Made by a program: the position numbers and the translations under genes
The notes under the pieces: model-generated
Seen by the model: only the letters and a program-made list of their open reading frames with translations
The model's database searches: none
Told to the model about the DNA's origin: nothing
Part shown: in pieces, positions 46,197 to 57,961 of the stretch
Position numbering within the stretch: the stretch's first letter is position 1
How the letters are laid out: each line of letters starts with the position of its first letter
From: Rhodospirillales bacterium
Lineage (GTDB): Bacteria > Pseudomonadota > Alphaproteobacteria > Bin95
Length of the DNA: 58,087 nt
Direction: 5' to 3'
Assembly (NCBI GenBank): GCA_038143065.1
Contig: JAYQLI010000044.1
Coordinates: 1 to 58,087, forward strand

Positions 46197-46735
46197 TTGA
46201 TAAAAAACTCTGCTGTCACATCCGCAAAGGCATTTTTAACTGGATGGTTAGGTCGAGTAACACCTGCACCAAACCATTTGAGGGTTTGCAGCTCTATCAT
46301 GATAACCTTTGCTATCTTTCGCAAACAGGTAATTGAAAGGCCGAGAGACACCCTCATGAAAGGAGATAACAAGATATGCACTACCATCATTTTTTGAGGA
46401 CATATGTAATTTTAGATCAAAATGCTCTCCTATCCGGCTCGGTAATTTCATCTGGAGCAGCGGCAACTAATAATGGTTGTGTCCCGTTGCCAGAATGCAA
46501 AAGAATGGTGCGAAAATCTTCCTGCAATTTTTGGCTAGCATTGACAATTTGCCACCAATCCTTTGTTTGTGCGCCGCCTCGATTTTCTGCTAGAGCTACT
46601 AATTGGGAGAAGCTTATTCCAAAGTTGAGGTTGTTTCTATTTTCTTTGTTAGCAAGACTTTTCGGAGTATATCTCTACATTCCATCGTTACAAACAAAGC
46701 TTCAACGGGTCTGCTATTTGCTCGTTATCGTTCAT
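46193..46735 (-). CDS. Small hypothetical protein (helical N-half, LVAAA linker, beta-rich C-half), frameshifted
   Basis: ISFSQLVALAE...LQEDFRTILL...QPLLVAAAPDEITE.IGEHFDLKLHMSSKNDGSAYLVISF...AFADVTAEFFIK. Overlaps both neighbours. Confidence 0.55.
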
Positions 46736-48430
46736 TTGAAATGCCTTTATATGTTGGCTTCGCCATGTAATAGGTCAAATTGTTTTTGCTAAATACTGCC
46801 TTATCTTGTCGCACCTGTGAGGCAAGTACTGCGTTGTCTGGAAAATGACTGCGCAACTTGGCGCACAATTTTCTTAAATGTTTGTGAAGCTCAATCTGTG
46901 TTTCGGCACCATTAACCAAGTCATTATGCCAGCGCAAGCGTGCCTCATCCGTAAATATTCTTGTCTGGTTTAACAAGCCCAAATCGTTTGAATTTACGTC
47001 CAGCCCATAAAATCCCTCTTGATTAGCTTCAATGTTTTTTCTTCGGAAACCAAAAGCATGCCGGCAATTTGCGCTGCTCTGCGATCGATATCTACAGGTT
47101 CTTTTATTTTGCTGGATAATGCTGATATCTGGTCGTGAACATCACCTTTCTCCTGTTCTGATATCAGTTCCATCATCAGTGCAATAGCCTCGACCCTTTT
47201 ATCTTCCCAAAGGCGTAGGCATCCAACCTTTGCTAATTCATGGGCCTGTTCTCCTGCGGCCTCCAGCGCTTTTATTGTGTCGCTGTAAATGTTGTCAGAG
47301 AGTACAGTTTTAGCATTAGGACTTCAGTGCCATTGTCTTTTAACTTCCGGCTGACTTCCACCAATGTAGATTGCACTGGACTGAATACATGCGTGCGCAA
47401 TAACGAGAGACACAAATCTTCACTTTCTTTATCTGATATACAAAATAACTCTAAGAATTTTAGTTCCTTTTTAGTTATAAATTTAACCGTTTGTGATGAT
47501 TCTTCGTTTAATATATTTAGCCTGTCGTTAAGAGATAATTGGTTATCAATTAAGTCTGCATAATTGTTTTCACTTCTGTAAATTCCAATAAATCAATATC
47601 AGAATTATAAACAATTTGATTAAGGCTAGCCATAGGCTGAAAGCCAGAATGGCTAGCCACACGCAAGGCCATCGATATCGAATCCATGAATGAACACATG
47701 AACTGAATAGTTTGAACCGCAGCGCTTTGTCGGCACTTTTTTCTTTCCAGAAAGACAGAATAAGTTCGTCTGTAATATCGGTATAGTAAGATTGATTTCG
47801 GTTTGTGTGGTCAGATAAATATTTACTCAGCAGCTTTGCCTTTGCACGCAAGGCTGCTGCAGGCAAATGATTTTGTAAATATTGGTACATGGATGCAGAT
47901 AATTCATTGGTCATTTTATCTAGATCTGTTTTGTCCAGCCCTTTGTCCCGAGCGTGCGCCATGCTCGAAAATAAAAACTCATGGCCAATTGTTTCAAAGA
48001 TGAATTCTATTATGGCTTCCAGAGTTGATATTCTTGTGAAATGCAGGGGTAAATTTTGACGTATTATTCGAATAGGAAATAATAACTTGCCGGTCATTGA
48101 AGGTGACATCATCGAGCAAATTTGCTCACGCAACACAGTTTTTAAAAATCTGGATGAAGATTGCCCATCTTGTGAAAACAGAACTGTTAGCGGAAGATTC
48201 AGACGCGCTAAAAGACCAATGAGATGCATTGCTTCATAGAAACTTGGCCCATAGCCAAACGATGCCACAGATGTGATTAACTTGGTTTGTGTCTTATCTG
48301 AATAACGCCGATGACCAAACTCCATCTGTTGCATTACATACTTGGGTTAGGTGATTAATCAACGTTTGACTAGGTGGCTCTAACATAAACTCTGGCCAGC
48401 CCTTGAGCATTGTAACAACTTCTATAGGCA
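46725..48430 (-). CDS. Large cytoplasmic helical hypothetical protein, possibly a divergent sigma-factor-like regulator (frameshifted)
   Basis: ORFs 47570-48334, 46994-47176 and 46725-46982 join across frames. RFKLFSSCVHSWIRY resembles sigma70 region 2.3. Confidence 0.5.
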
Positions 48431-48569
48431 CAGTCTTTTACCTTAGCTAATGGATTGATTGATATTAGACCTATCATACCTGGTCATTCAAGTGGCTAAT
48501 TAGATAGGAATTTGATTTGTCAAAACTTTCCTCCCAAGCGCTTTTGAAAATTGTGGCTATTCATTGTCA

Positions 48570-49253
48570 TTTTAAGACTTAAGGCAGAACCCTTTATTGT
48601 CTTACCTGAAGGATGTCTATTTCGCATATGTGTAATAATTTCCAACCAGATTTTCATATCTTCTAACCCTTCTATATCGTTTTTTTCTACAAGCCGTGTT
48701 TTGTCTTTGGCAGCTCTTTAAGGGTTGGCTCATATATGCTTTGATGGTTATTTTGATAGCGCCCATCTGTTAAGGCAGTATGATATTTTCTGGCTTTATC
48801 CAGAACATTTTCAACATAGTTGCGTGTATAGGGCAAAACCCTAGAATGCGGCCAGGCTCCAACTGCAGACCCACCATTATAATGAGAAAGAGCAAAATGC
48901 ATTCTGCCCTTATATCTGTGGGCTAGTTGGTCTAGAAAGCGGATACCAATACGAATATTTGTGTGCGGATCAAACAAAGCCTGTCGCGAAACCCCAAATT
49001 CTAATCTGGCGGTTCTTGGCATGATTTGCATGATCCCTATTGCGCCTTTACGCGAAACCGCATCCGGCCTAAAGGATGATTCTGCTTCGGCAACTGCCAG
49101 CGCTATGGCAGGCGAAACAAAATCCGACTTCTGGGCCTCAGCTATGATGACCTGTTTGATCATAGATTGGTCCACACCCATGGATAAGGCTGGCTGGTTG
49201 CCTGCGCTTATTATCAAAAAAATGAGCGAATATATCATGCCCCTGATTGCCAA
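48570..49253 (-). CDS. Soluble lytic transglycosylase (SLT/GH23)
   Basis: ALAVAEAESSFRPDAVSRKGAIGIMQIMP, ALSHYNGG, TRNYV. Signal/TM at the N-terminus. C-terminus frameshifted. Confidence 0.9.
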
Positions 49254-49314
49254 GCTAAGGCCATGGCCGCTATCATTAATAATTGTTAAATTTGGAAGAG
49301 AGAAAAATAAGCTG

Positions 49315-49701
49315 TCATGGCTGTAACCTCAGCTTCCATTCCTCAGTTAAAGTGGTAACCTGAAGGTCTTTTCCCGATAGTTGTTCTGTAACCACCAAGA
49401 TATCCTGTAAATTGGCCTCTGCATCTAACGCTAACAAGACGGGTTTTTCATTTAGGGAAGTTAGCGATATCACACGCAATTCTCATCAAGAAAACGCCCA
49501 TTATGGTAAATAACAAGAGTTGTATCCGATGGCTTGTCGGCGAGGGGCTTCTGGCTATTTTGAATCTCAACAGCCTGTGACACAGATGCCGTGATGGGTT
49601 TTTGCGTAATAGAAAACAGCATCAAGATCATAAGGCTAAAGAATGCCATCGATAATGCTAGCGCCACTTCCGCAAGGGGGGTTGCTACCATCTGAAATCA
49701 T
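49315..49701 (-). CDS. ExbD/TolR-like single-TM protein (frameshifted)
   Basis: PLAEVALALSMAFFSLMILMLF (acidic residue at the TM start, like ExbD PxxDV), then LVIYHNG and VLLALDAEANLQDIL. Confidence 0.55.
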
Positions 49702-50681
49702 TAAAAGCTCCAAATAAATTTCTGTATGCTTTTCTTATGAAGACTTCAGAGTGCTTTTTGACAATCTTGTTACGCAAAAAATTAGTTAAAACGGGAACCC
49801 CTAACCTTGGGCGTTTTAATGGTGAAACAGGTAAATATCTACGGATGTCAATCTGCCTGTCACTAATCACTAATTCGATGTCTGTGTCGGGATCAAGGCC
49901 GATTTCAGATAGGCTGATAATTAACCATTCTCGTAATTTATCTGCAGAAGCAGAGGTGCTGTAATCAAATTGTTGTCGCGGACCTTGCGCTCGGACACTT
50001 GAAATTTCTGCGAATCCAGGGGAATTCATTCCTCATTAAATCTATAAGCTGAACAGTTTCTGTTTCGGTTAAATCCAATAAATCCAATTGAAAGGTGATA
50101 ATAGGCAATCCGGACTGGGATTGATATGCAGAAGGTACTGATAACAGCTGAATAAGACCTTTGCTTAATAGTTCAGAATCCCTGCGCATCTCGTCGGCTA
50201 GCCATGTATCAAAACAGCTGTCTCATGCAGTCGCCTGGCAGAGTTACGGTCTGAACAGGTAAGGACCAGAGCTAACAAAACTTCTCTTAGCTACAGAATA
50301 AATATCAGCTGCAAGTGCATAGCCTATGATGCCATTTTCTTGTTTGGTTAGATCAATCTGCATTTGAACGAAAATTAACTTTAAGGCTGGGTATTTGGCT
50401 GCCAGCACATCACTACTGGACAAGAGCTTTTCTCTGTTAAGGCTGAAAATATCATCCATCTGCGTCAGATAAGTATCATCATACACAATAAAGCCAGAGC
50501 GGCTAAAGCGTGATTTTATTGCGGATAATACTTTTTCTGAACTGAAAGCAGATAATAATTGTTTGTTTTGCGGGTCCTGTAAAATCATTATATTTGCCCA
50601 GCTCGCATGACTTTTAAAAAGGATGCAAATGGCCACAAAACCGATAACCATCATCTGTTTTAGGGAGCTTACGAGTTTCAT
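49685..50681 (-). CDS. Secreted hypothetical protein, EFPGF-domain paralog B (frameshifted; 3' end uncertain)
   Basis: Signal peptide (SWA), TolB-N/CsgG-like pattern FSRSGFIVYD, C-terminal NEFPGF domain. Confidence 0.55.
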
Positions 50682-50717
50682 AATAAAGCCTGTCTCCATA
50701 TCCTGTGGATGCACAAT

Positions 50718-51554
50718 TTAAAAACAGTCGGACAAAAAGGCGGTTTTGTTCCTAGCCAGAAGGCGTAAATTATCTGCTTTCCCGATAATCATAAAATCAT
50801 CTTCGGAGGCGAGACCATATTCAAAAAATAACACACGAAGCCATTTCTGTATTTTCTGGCTAGTTGCTGTTGTCTGATAGTTAAAAATACTGATTGTAGG
50901 TGTCGGACTTTTTTCAAGTTCCAACGAAACGAACCCTGGAAATTCTTTTTCCAAAATATCAAGAAGATAGTTTTGCTCGCAGCCATCAAACTTTTCTATT
51001 GATATTCGAATGATTTGTGGTGTTTTGGCCAAATATAATGAGCTATATCCGCCTAAGCGATGACCTTTGTCTGCAAGCTTGCGCGCAAGGGATCGGCTTA
51101 GGGAAATAGAGGCAGCAGTTAAGTTGATCTGGCTGGAATTAAGCGCAACTGGCATTGTCGTAGCCATCCCCAGTAGTTCACCTGAAGATAGATTTACTGC
51201 CTTTTATAGGGAATATATTCACCATTCTTTTCGGCAAGCAGGCTCTAATTGCTTCTGCAAAAAAGAGGGTGAACTGGCGCCATTTGTTTCTTTATGCCCT
51301 GACTTGCTTAAATCTGTTGCGTCCGCCGATCATATAATTTTATCCCAAGGTCGAGGAATGAAGTTGCTAACGCATTGCCCGAATTTACGGGTAAAAAGTT
51401 GAAGCTCGCCTTCCGTGAGGTCAGAAGATGGCACCAAAGTTACAAGTGGGAAAAGAGGCAGTATCTCATTATCCCTGATATCAGCATGAGCAAGATTGCC
51501 CCCAAGGCAAAACATCACAGCCCCAAAGGAGAACACATTTTAATCTGAAACCAT
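50718..51554 (-). CDS. Secreted hypothetical protein, EFPGF-domain paralog A (frameshifted)
   Basis: Signal peptide (AHA), KAVNLSSGELLG strand, C-terminal KEFPGF domain. Confidence 0.55.
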
Positions 51555-51643
51555 TTAAACATCCAGTAATTATCCTATCTTTCGTGCTTTGATCCCAATT
51601 TCCAATTACTTATGATCGTTAATATTATCAGTATATTTGGATC

Positions 51644-52500
51644 TTAGAAATCATCATCAGTTTTGATGCGGCTGCTGCCGCTATATAATCTCCCGTACCA
51701 AATTCATTTCCGTTATGAAGTGACTGGATCTGGATTTAGGTGTCAAAAACATCACGAAAAATTGGCTCTTCTGTAGTTGCGTTAATTGGTTTGATAGAAG
51801 TGATTTCGTTGAGCCATGTCTGAGCAAAATATAATTGTTTTCCATTCTGGCCATGTCGTATTTAATTCGAATGATTCTAAATCATCAGGATATTTCTGAA
51901 TAGATTTAAAAACGAATGGTTGGGCGAAATCATTATTATCGCCTTTAACATATCCTGCATCAATAACAGTGATTTTGTCAGAGGTAAAAAGTTTCTGCGT
52001 TAAAAATATGCTGAGCTGCCAGAACATTCGCTACATAATCATTAGTATGCATCAAGACCCGGCTATTCGGCCAGCCTCTAACAATTGAGCTTCCCATGAT
52101 AATCAGTTAATGCTACTGCGAGATTACCATTTCTGGTGGCAATTAGATAATCTAGATGGGCAAGGCCAGCGATAATCGCTTCAAGTGGGGCTCATCGCCT
52201 GTCCAGCTGCATTATTAACCTTCCTTCTGACAGGCGATTGCATCGCACCATATCCACCCCAATCGGTGTTTGGAACATGATAAAAATTTGTTTCAACTCT
52301 CGCAACTGCCAGTGCTAAACTCGTATCAACAAATTCAAAATTCTGTGCATGATAAACAATTATATTTTGGATGTCCTGACGGTAAGATCTCTATTTTCTT
52401 CTGCTAGCGCGAAAGCTGTTGGATACAAACTTCCAATGACAGCTAAACCGGCCATGGATTTTGCTAGCCCAATTGATATTTTCAGCCCCACTCTATAAAA
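51644..52500 (-). CDS. Second lytic transglycosylase-like protein (heavily frameshifted, mostly missed by the ORF track)
   Basis: IQNIIVYHAQNFEFVDTSLALAVARVETNF....DWGGYGAMQ parallels the first SLT (catalytic E and GxMQ). Ends TDDDF. Confidence 0.6.
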
Positions 52501-52860
52501 GCTTAATTTTTGTTTGTGAACGAGGGTGTTTGATAAATGGATAAAAAAATAAGCTGTAAAATTTGGAAAATAATATTTTTTATCTTTACAAAATTTCTGC
52601 CTGCCATGACTATGAAGACATTTGCGTTGTTTTTTGCTGAATAACGTTAACTGGATAGCAGAAAGTCTTTTTCTAGCGGCTTGCGGTGCATCTGTTCTGA
52701 TGCGTGCGCTAATTGTCAAAAATATTTGGCATATTTTAGCGTCGAAATCTCCTAAATTCGGGATATTTAAATATTTTTAATCTAAATTGGTGCCTTTAGT
52801 ATAAATTAGTAAATTTACGTCAAATGTTTTAATTGTAAATGCAAAGGGGGAGGCAACAAC

Positions 52861-54070
52861 ATGTCGGTTCGGCTTCATTCAATACTATCTTCACGCAAAC
52901 CTTGGGTTGCCGGGTGTGCCTCTGCAAAGGGTGTTCATGATTTTGCCAAACAACCACTCTGCATTGGCCGCGTGTGACAGCACAAAAGTTTTCGGGCGCA
53001 AGCAGAGATAACTATAAAATAGAAAGGTTTTTCCTCAACGCCCCCGGCTGAGGCATTGGAACAATCTCGCCAGGCGCAATTGAACGCATTTTAAAATATC
53101 CCTGAAAGCTGTATGGAAGCTGGCGCCATGCAGCTATATCTTCAAAAAAGATGAGATTTTGTCTAACTTAGATGAATTCGTGAATATAACTTATGAAGAT
53201 CAGGCAGTTGATAAAAAGAATAAGAAAATCAAAACAAGAATTAAGTTAACGGTAAATAGTAAAACATTAGACAGCATGTTTGTGGCAACGCCTGCGGCTA
53301 CTGCCGGCGGTGGCAGTGGTCGTCCCTGGTTTATGGTGTGGATTTTTGCTGCTAAGATGGCCACTTCAACGACAGGTGGGCCGTCAGGGGCGGGTCTGTT
53401 AAAACATTTAAAAAGAAAGAAACGGACATAGCCAAAACAAAAACAGCAGATGCGGCAATGGAAACTTCCTCATCTCCAGGGTGGAACCATGGTAACTGCC
53501 TCTCAGACCGAGTATGGCGCAGGTTACTACTGGCGGTAGTGTTGAGAAAAAAGATGATATCGTCATTGGCGATACCCGCACATCCTCAACCGAGAATGGC
53601 AAATTGTTTCTACCAAAAGCCTTGATGCCGCCTTTGGAGACCAGCTTACATTGAATAATTTAGGCCTGTACTTGCTTATGCAGCAGTAAATAAATGTGGA
53701 GTGGGAGGAGCCGGGAAATTGCTGCTAGCGAACTGGCTCTTGAGGGGGAACTGTCACGTGAAACCTTAAACGCAGTAACCAATGCTGCAAGGCTGTCGTA
53801 TTGAATTTCTGGCTTTAAGTACAGTGGATGTGAACACACCGCAGCAAAGCACCGTTAATGAAGAGGGGAATTCGAGCTATCTAAAGGTCAATGCCAAGGT
53901 TATAGATTTGCGTGATTTCCTACCTTATGACCTAGCTACGGTTCCAACATTTGATATTAGAGCCTCTATGGTCTAGAGGACAATGAAGCAACTGAAAATG
54001 CACTGCAACTTGCTGGCAAGTCTGCTGCAAAGAAATTGTGTCCCGGTTGAAGGCTAATGGTATTAGATAA
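52861..54070 (+). CDS. Secreted hypothetical protein (FlgT-N/CsgG-cluster type), heavily frameshifted
   Basis: GGAGG RBS before ATG 52861. Fragments LDEFVNITYEDQAVDKKNKKIKTRIKLTVN and VNAKVIDLR. Confidence 0.45.
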
Positions 54071-54079
54071 AGAAGACTA

Positions 54080-55415
54080 ATGGATAAAACTCAATATAAA
54101 TGTTACGCCGTTGACACTTGTTCAGGATTACAAAGAGCTTCATATCTCTAAATATGGCCCTTATAGTCATATTTACATGGTCGCTGAGGGGGTACCGCAA
54201 TTGCAGCGTCAAAGCTGCAATTTGTGGAAGTTGTAACTGAGGGTAGTGGCAAAACGATAAATTTAGCGGCTTTAGACGGTCTTAAGATGGCAGTGAGCCA
54301 GGTTAATGGCGCTACAGTTGCTGCCTCACAGCAACATCCATTTCCTCATCGGTGATGGGTCAGGGCGATAATAAAGAGTATCTCTACTCTAACCAATTCC
54401 AAAAGCAGATTGAAACTGCAACAAAGGGTGTTGTAAAAAATTGGACTATTTTGAGCGAGCGTCAGGATACTAATTTGGGAAATATTTATTTCCTGAAAAT
54501 GCGTGTCACAGTAGCAAAATATAAAGAGTCGGCGCAGCTTCAACGCTTGCGTTTGGCCTTTTCAGATTTTGGTTATACGAGATCACAAGGGGACGGTGCA
54601 AAGGCCGCATCTGCCGCGAGGGGATACCCGGCAACGATTGACGGCCCATTTAACACAGACGCGAAGGTTTGCCATTATTGATCGACAGAATATGGATAGA
54701 ACACAAGCAGAGTTGAACCTTATCCAAAGTGGTGATTTCAAGGTTGAAGAAATGGCTAGGTTGGGTAATAAGGTCGGCGCTGACTATATGGTTGTCGGCG
54801 ATGTCACAAAAGCTGACGCTCGCACAACGAAACAGGTTATGCAAACAACCGGCAAAACATTTACTAAAACCACAAGTAACCTTTCCATCTCAATTCGGAT
54901 TATTGATATTGCCACATCACAGGTAAAATTTGCTGACCAGTTTGACCTAACTGATGAGGCATCTTTAGGCGTGCTAGCATCTGATATGTCTCGGGAAATG
55001 GGCGAATTTATTCTTAATGCCATTTACCGGTTCATGAATTGTCGCGGTTAATGGCGATGAAATAACTTTGGGGCAGGGCGGCCGCACTATCCAAAGAGGT
55101 CGCTCCTATAATCTTATAAAGTTAGGGGGACGTATTTATGATCCCTACACTGCGAAAGCCTGGGCCGACAAGAAACAATCGTTGGCACCGTAAACATTAC
55201 TTCTGTTCCAGGCAAAGACCTCAACAGCAAAAATTGCACGACTTAGCGGCATCACATCTGACGAATTGAGCCAGATAGATTTAATCGTACGCCCAACTAA
55301 AATGGGAGAGCGAAAAAGCCGGATAGCGGCTGCAAAGAAATCTGTAAAGAAAGTAATAAAAGAGGGCCAAAACGCAATCAAATCCTTTGATGAGGAGGTA
55401 AAAAATGACTGGTAG
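54080..55415 (+). CDS. CsgG/HfaB-family protein with LPP20/FlgT-N-like N-terminal domain (frameshifted)
   Basis: VTEGSG.....A..DGL..AVSQVNG. LTQTRRFAIIDRQ, RLGNKVGADYMVVG, IRIIDIATSQVKFAD, LGQGG. Confidence 0.78.
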
Positions 55416-55434
55416 AAACGGTTTAGGTGTTATT

Positions 55435-56853
55435 ATGCAAGAACAAAAATATAAAATTTTCACGGCAATTTGGGCGTTTCTGCAATGTTTATTGCCTCAT
55501 CTGCTTTTTGCAGAAAGACGAATTTTTTCGACTTTGATGCTCCTCCACAAATCGTAGTCAAGCCCCTGAAAAATGTTGAGAGCATTTGTGAGCAATATGT
55601 TACACGGAAAATGAAAAAGTCTGTTGGCTTGAATATAAAAGCGAGCGGAGAAGAATATTTCTTAAATGTTGGGGAAGCCACTATTTCGGCTCCTGTTGGA
55701 AGCGAAAATTATATAACTGCACGTCAAAATGCTTATGAGCAAGCTGTTCTTGCTGAGAAGAAAATATTTGATTAATATGAAAGCTAATGTTTCTCGAAAG
55801 CTTGCGTATAATTTGAGCCAACCTAAAAATATTTTGGAAGTTCCTGAAACAGCTGCAGAAGAGCAAAAAACAATTAGGCGGTTCAATGACAATCGGACTT
55901 AACCTCTGCGTATAATAAATCTCTTGAACTTCTCAATCGTGAGCTGGATGTCCTGCTAGAAGAAACTGCCCCAGCTGGACCGATTTGAGACGGTAGAAGA
56001 GGCCGAGGAATATATTCAAAAAGTTCTTGGAAAAAGTTTTTCTGATAGCGTTGCATTATCTTCCTTTAGCCAGCTCTACGGTGTAAGACGCGTCTTTTCA
56101 CTTGATTGGTCTCCAGCAGGTAAAAATGGAAAGATCTGTGTTGTTGTTGTCCATTCAGACAAAACGCGGGCGGTTGCTGATGGCATGTACGCTCAAGACG
56201 CCAGTCGTCTTCCTGCTGGAAAGATAGGCAAACCCTTATATTGGAACCAAATTCCGAACTCCGGACACGTCAGCAGGTGTTGCTGAACTGTTAAATACCT
56301 TTGGCGTAGATATGGTTCGCGATGAGAACGGTGACTTCGTCTTAGTATCTTACGCTCAATCAGGCGTTGCTATAGAGGGCGATCAAGATGCCATAGTAAT
56401 TGCAAAAGATATTGCGAGGGACAGAGCTATCGCTGGTTTGCGAAGTTTCATGGGGGAAGTAGCGACCCTGCAAAATGCAGGCGAATTTTCTGAAGATGCA
56501 TCAAAGTACAGGACGGGTCAGGCGACTATACGTTTAATAACGCTTACGAGACGAATATTGAATCTTCATCTCTAGGCAATGGATATTGTTGGTATATCAC
56601 AGGAGATCTTGGGGCGTCAAACATCCAGTGACAAACCAAACAGTTGTTGGGACTTGGGTTGAATGGTCTTCGAAAACATTGTCTGCATCCAAGCGGGCTC
56701 AGCAATAATTTAATAGCCAGCGTCCAGCTGTGAATACAGGGAACAGCCAATCACAAAATTCTGGTACATCAGATGGTGGAACACAAAATGTCCCATCCAG
56801 TACAGGTATGATTGGTGGTGCTGGCCGTGGAACGAGCGAAGACGATTTTTTAA
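55435..56853 (+). CDS. Secreted hypothetical protein commonly linked to CsgG-like genes (frameshifted)
   Basis: ARQNAYEQAVL, FGVDMVRDENGDFVLVSYAQSG, ARDRAIAGLRSF. Acidic C-terminus SEDDF. Confidence 0.55.
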
Positions 56854-56854
56854 A

Positions 56855-57961
56855 GTGAATGTCTACATTTTGTGGGCGCTGGCAGGTATAATATGCCTGC
56901 CAGCCACCGCACTATCTGAAACCTATCAAAAGATAGTGAAGGTCACGCAAGCTAGTGTTGATTTGCCAATGGAAGCTTATGAGCAACAAGCTTTGGCGCG
57001 TTTGCAGTCCAAAATCCTTAACGACCATGTTACCTTTAAACTTCAATGGTAAAGCCAGGTTCTTGATGAACATAAAGAATGGCTAATACCTGAAATCAAG
57101 CGGCAGTTTGACGTAAATATCGACGTATCCGAAATTCTGCTGGAAGCTAAATACAAAGATGCTGATGATTATCTGTTCGAATACATATAAAATCGATGAA
57201 TCTAAATTTATACGGTCAAAGGTGACTATATTCTCAATAGAATAAACGCCATTGCAGCGGATGATACATACCCCGGATATGCGCGACTCGAACTTGAGCT
57301 AGCTTACCCAAATTTGATTAATAAGGTGATGGGTGTTGGAATTCACGCTTTAACAGCTATTCGTTATGCCTTAAAAAAAAGTTGCCAATCGATTCCTATG
57401 AGGTGATTGCCTCAACAGCAAAGAGTGTTATCGTCTGATGAACTTGATTTGAATTAAAAGCTCTTTTACTTTGTATGATCATCTCCATTCAATGTATATG
57501 TATGCTTGGAGCTTTCAGCCAAAATAGATAAACAGCTGCCAAAACTAGCAGAACTTATTATGCAATCTTGTCTAAATTTCAATTTTCAAGATAGCTTGGT
57601 AATCATAGATACAAACGAACAACAGAAAGATACGCAAACTTGTTCAAAGAGCTAAAAGAGATTGACTAAAGCCATAGAACTTTCATTAGATGAGAGTTCC
57701 TCTTTTTGCCTTTATTTTGGCATTTTGCGGTAAATATCCCATTGAATTACCTCAAATTCGGGAATGACTTTCGAAGACTTGCTTGATGATCAAGGGTTGG
57801 TTCATAATATGATAAATGCAGAGAAAAATTTAGTCTAAACGATATCCTCAATCTTAAAAAACCATATGGATGAAAATAATTATCACTCTATGCGCATGTA
57901 TAATAGAGAGACAGATAGAGAATATTTATTGATTTATGTAAATATTTTGGAGGTTACGTGA
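56855..57961 (+). CDS. Secreted hypothetical protein (heavily frameshifted, end uncertain)
   Basis: Signal peptide (ALS) in ORF 56855-57052. Coding-like sequence continues in shifting frames. Confidence 0.35.

Noticed and set aside
54080-55415. Curli or holdfast biogenesis locus
   Set aside because: No curlin-repeat subunits, CsgE/F or hfaA/D recognisable nearby.
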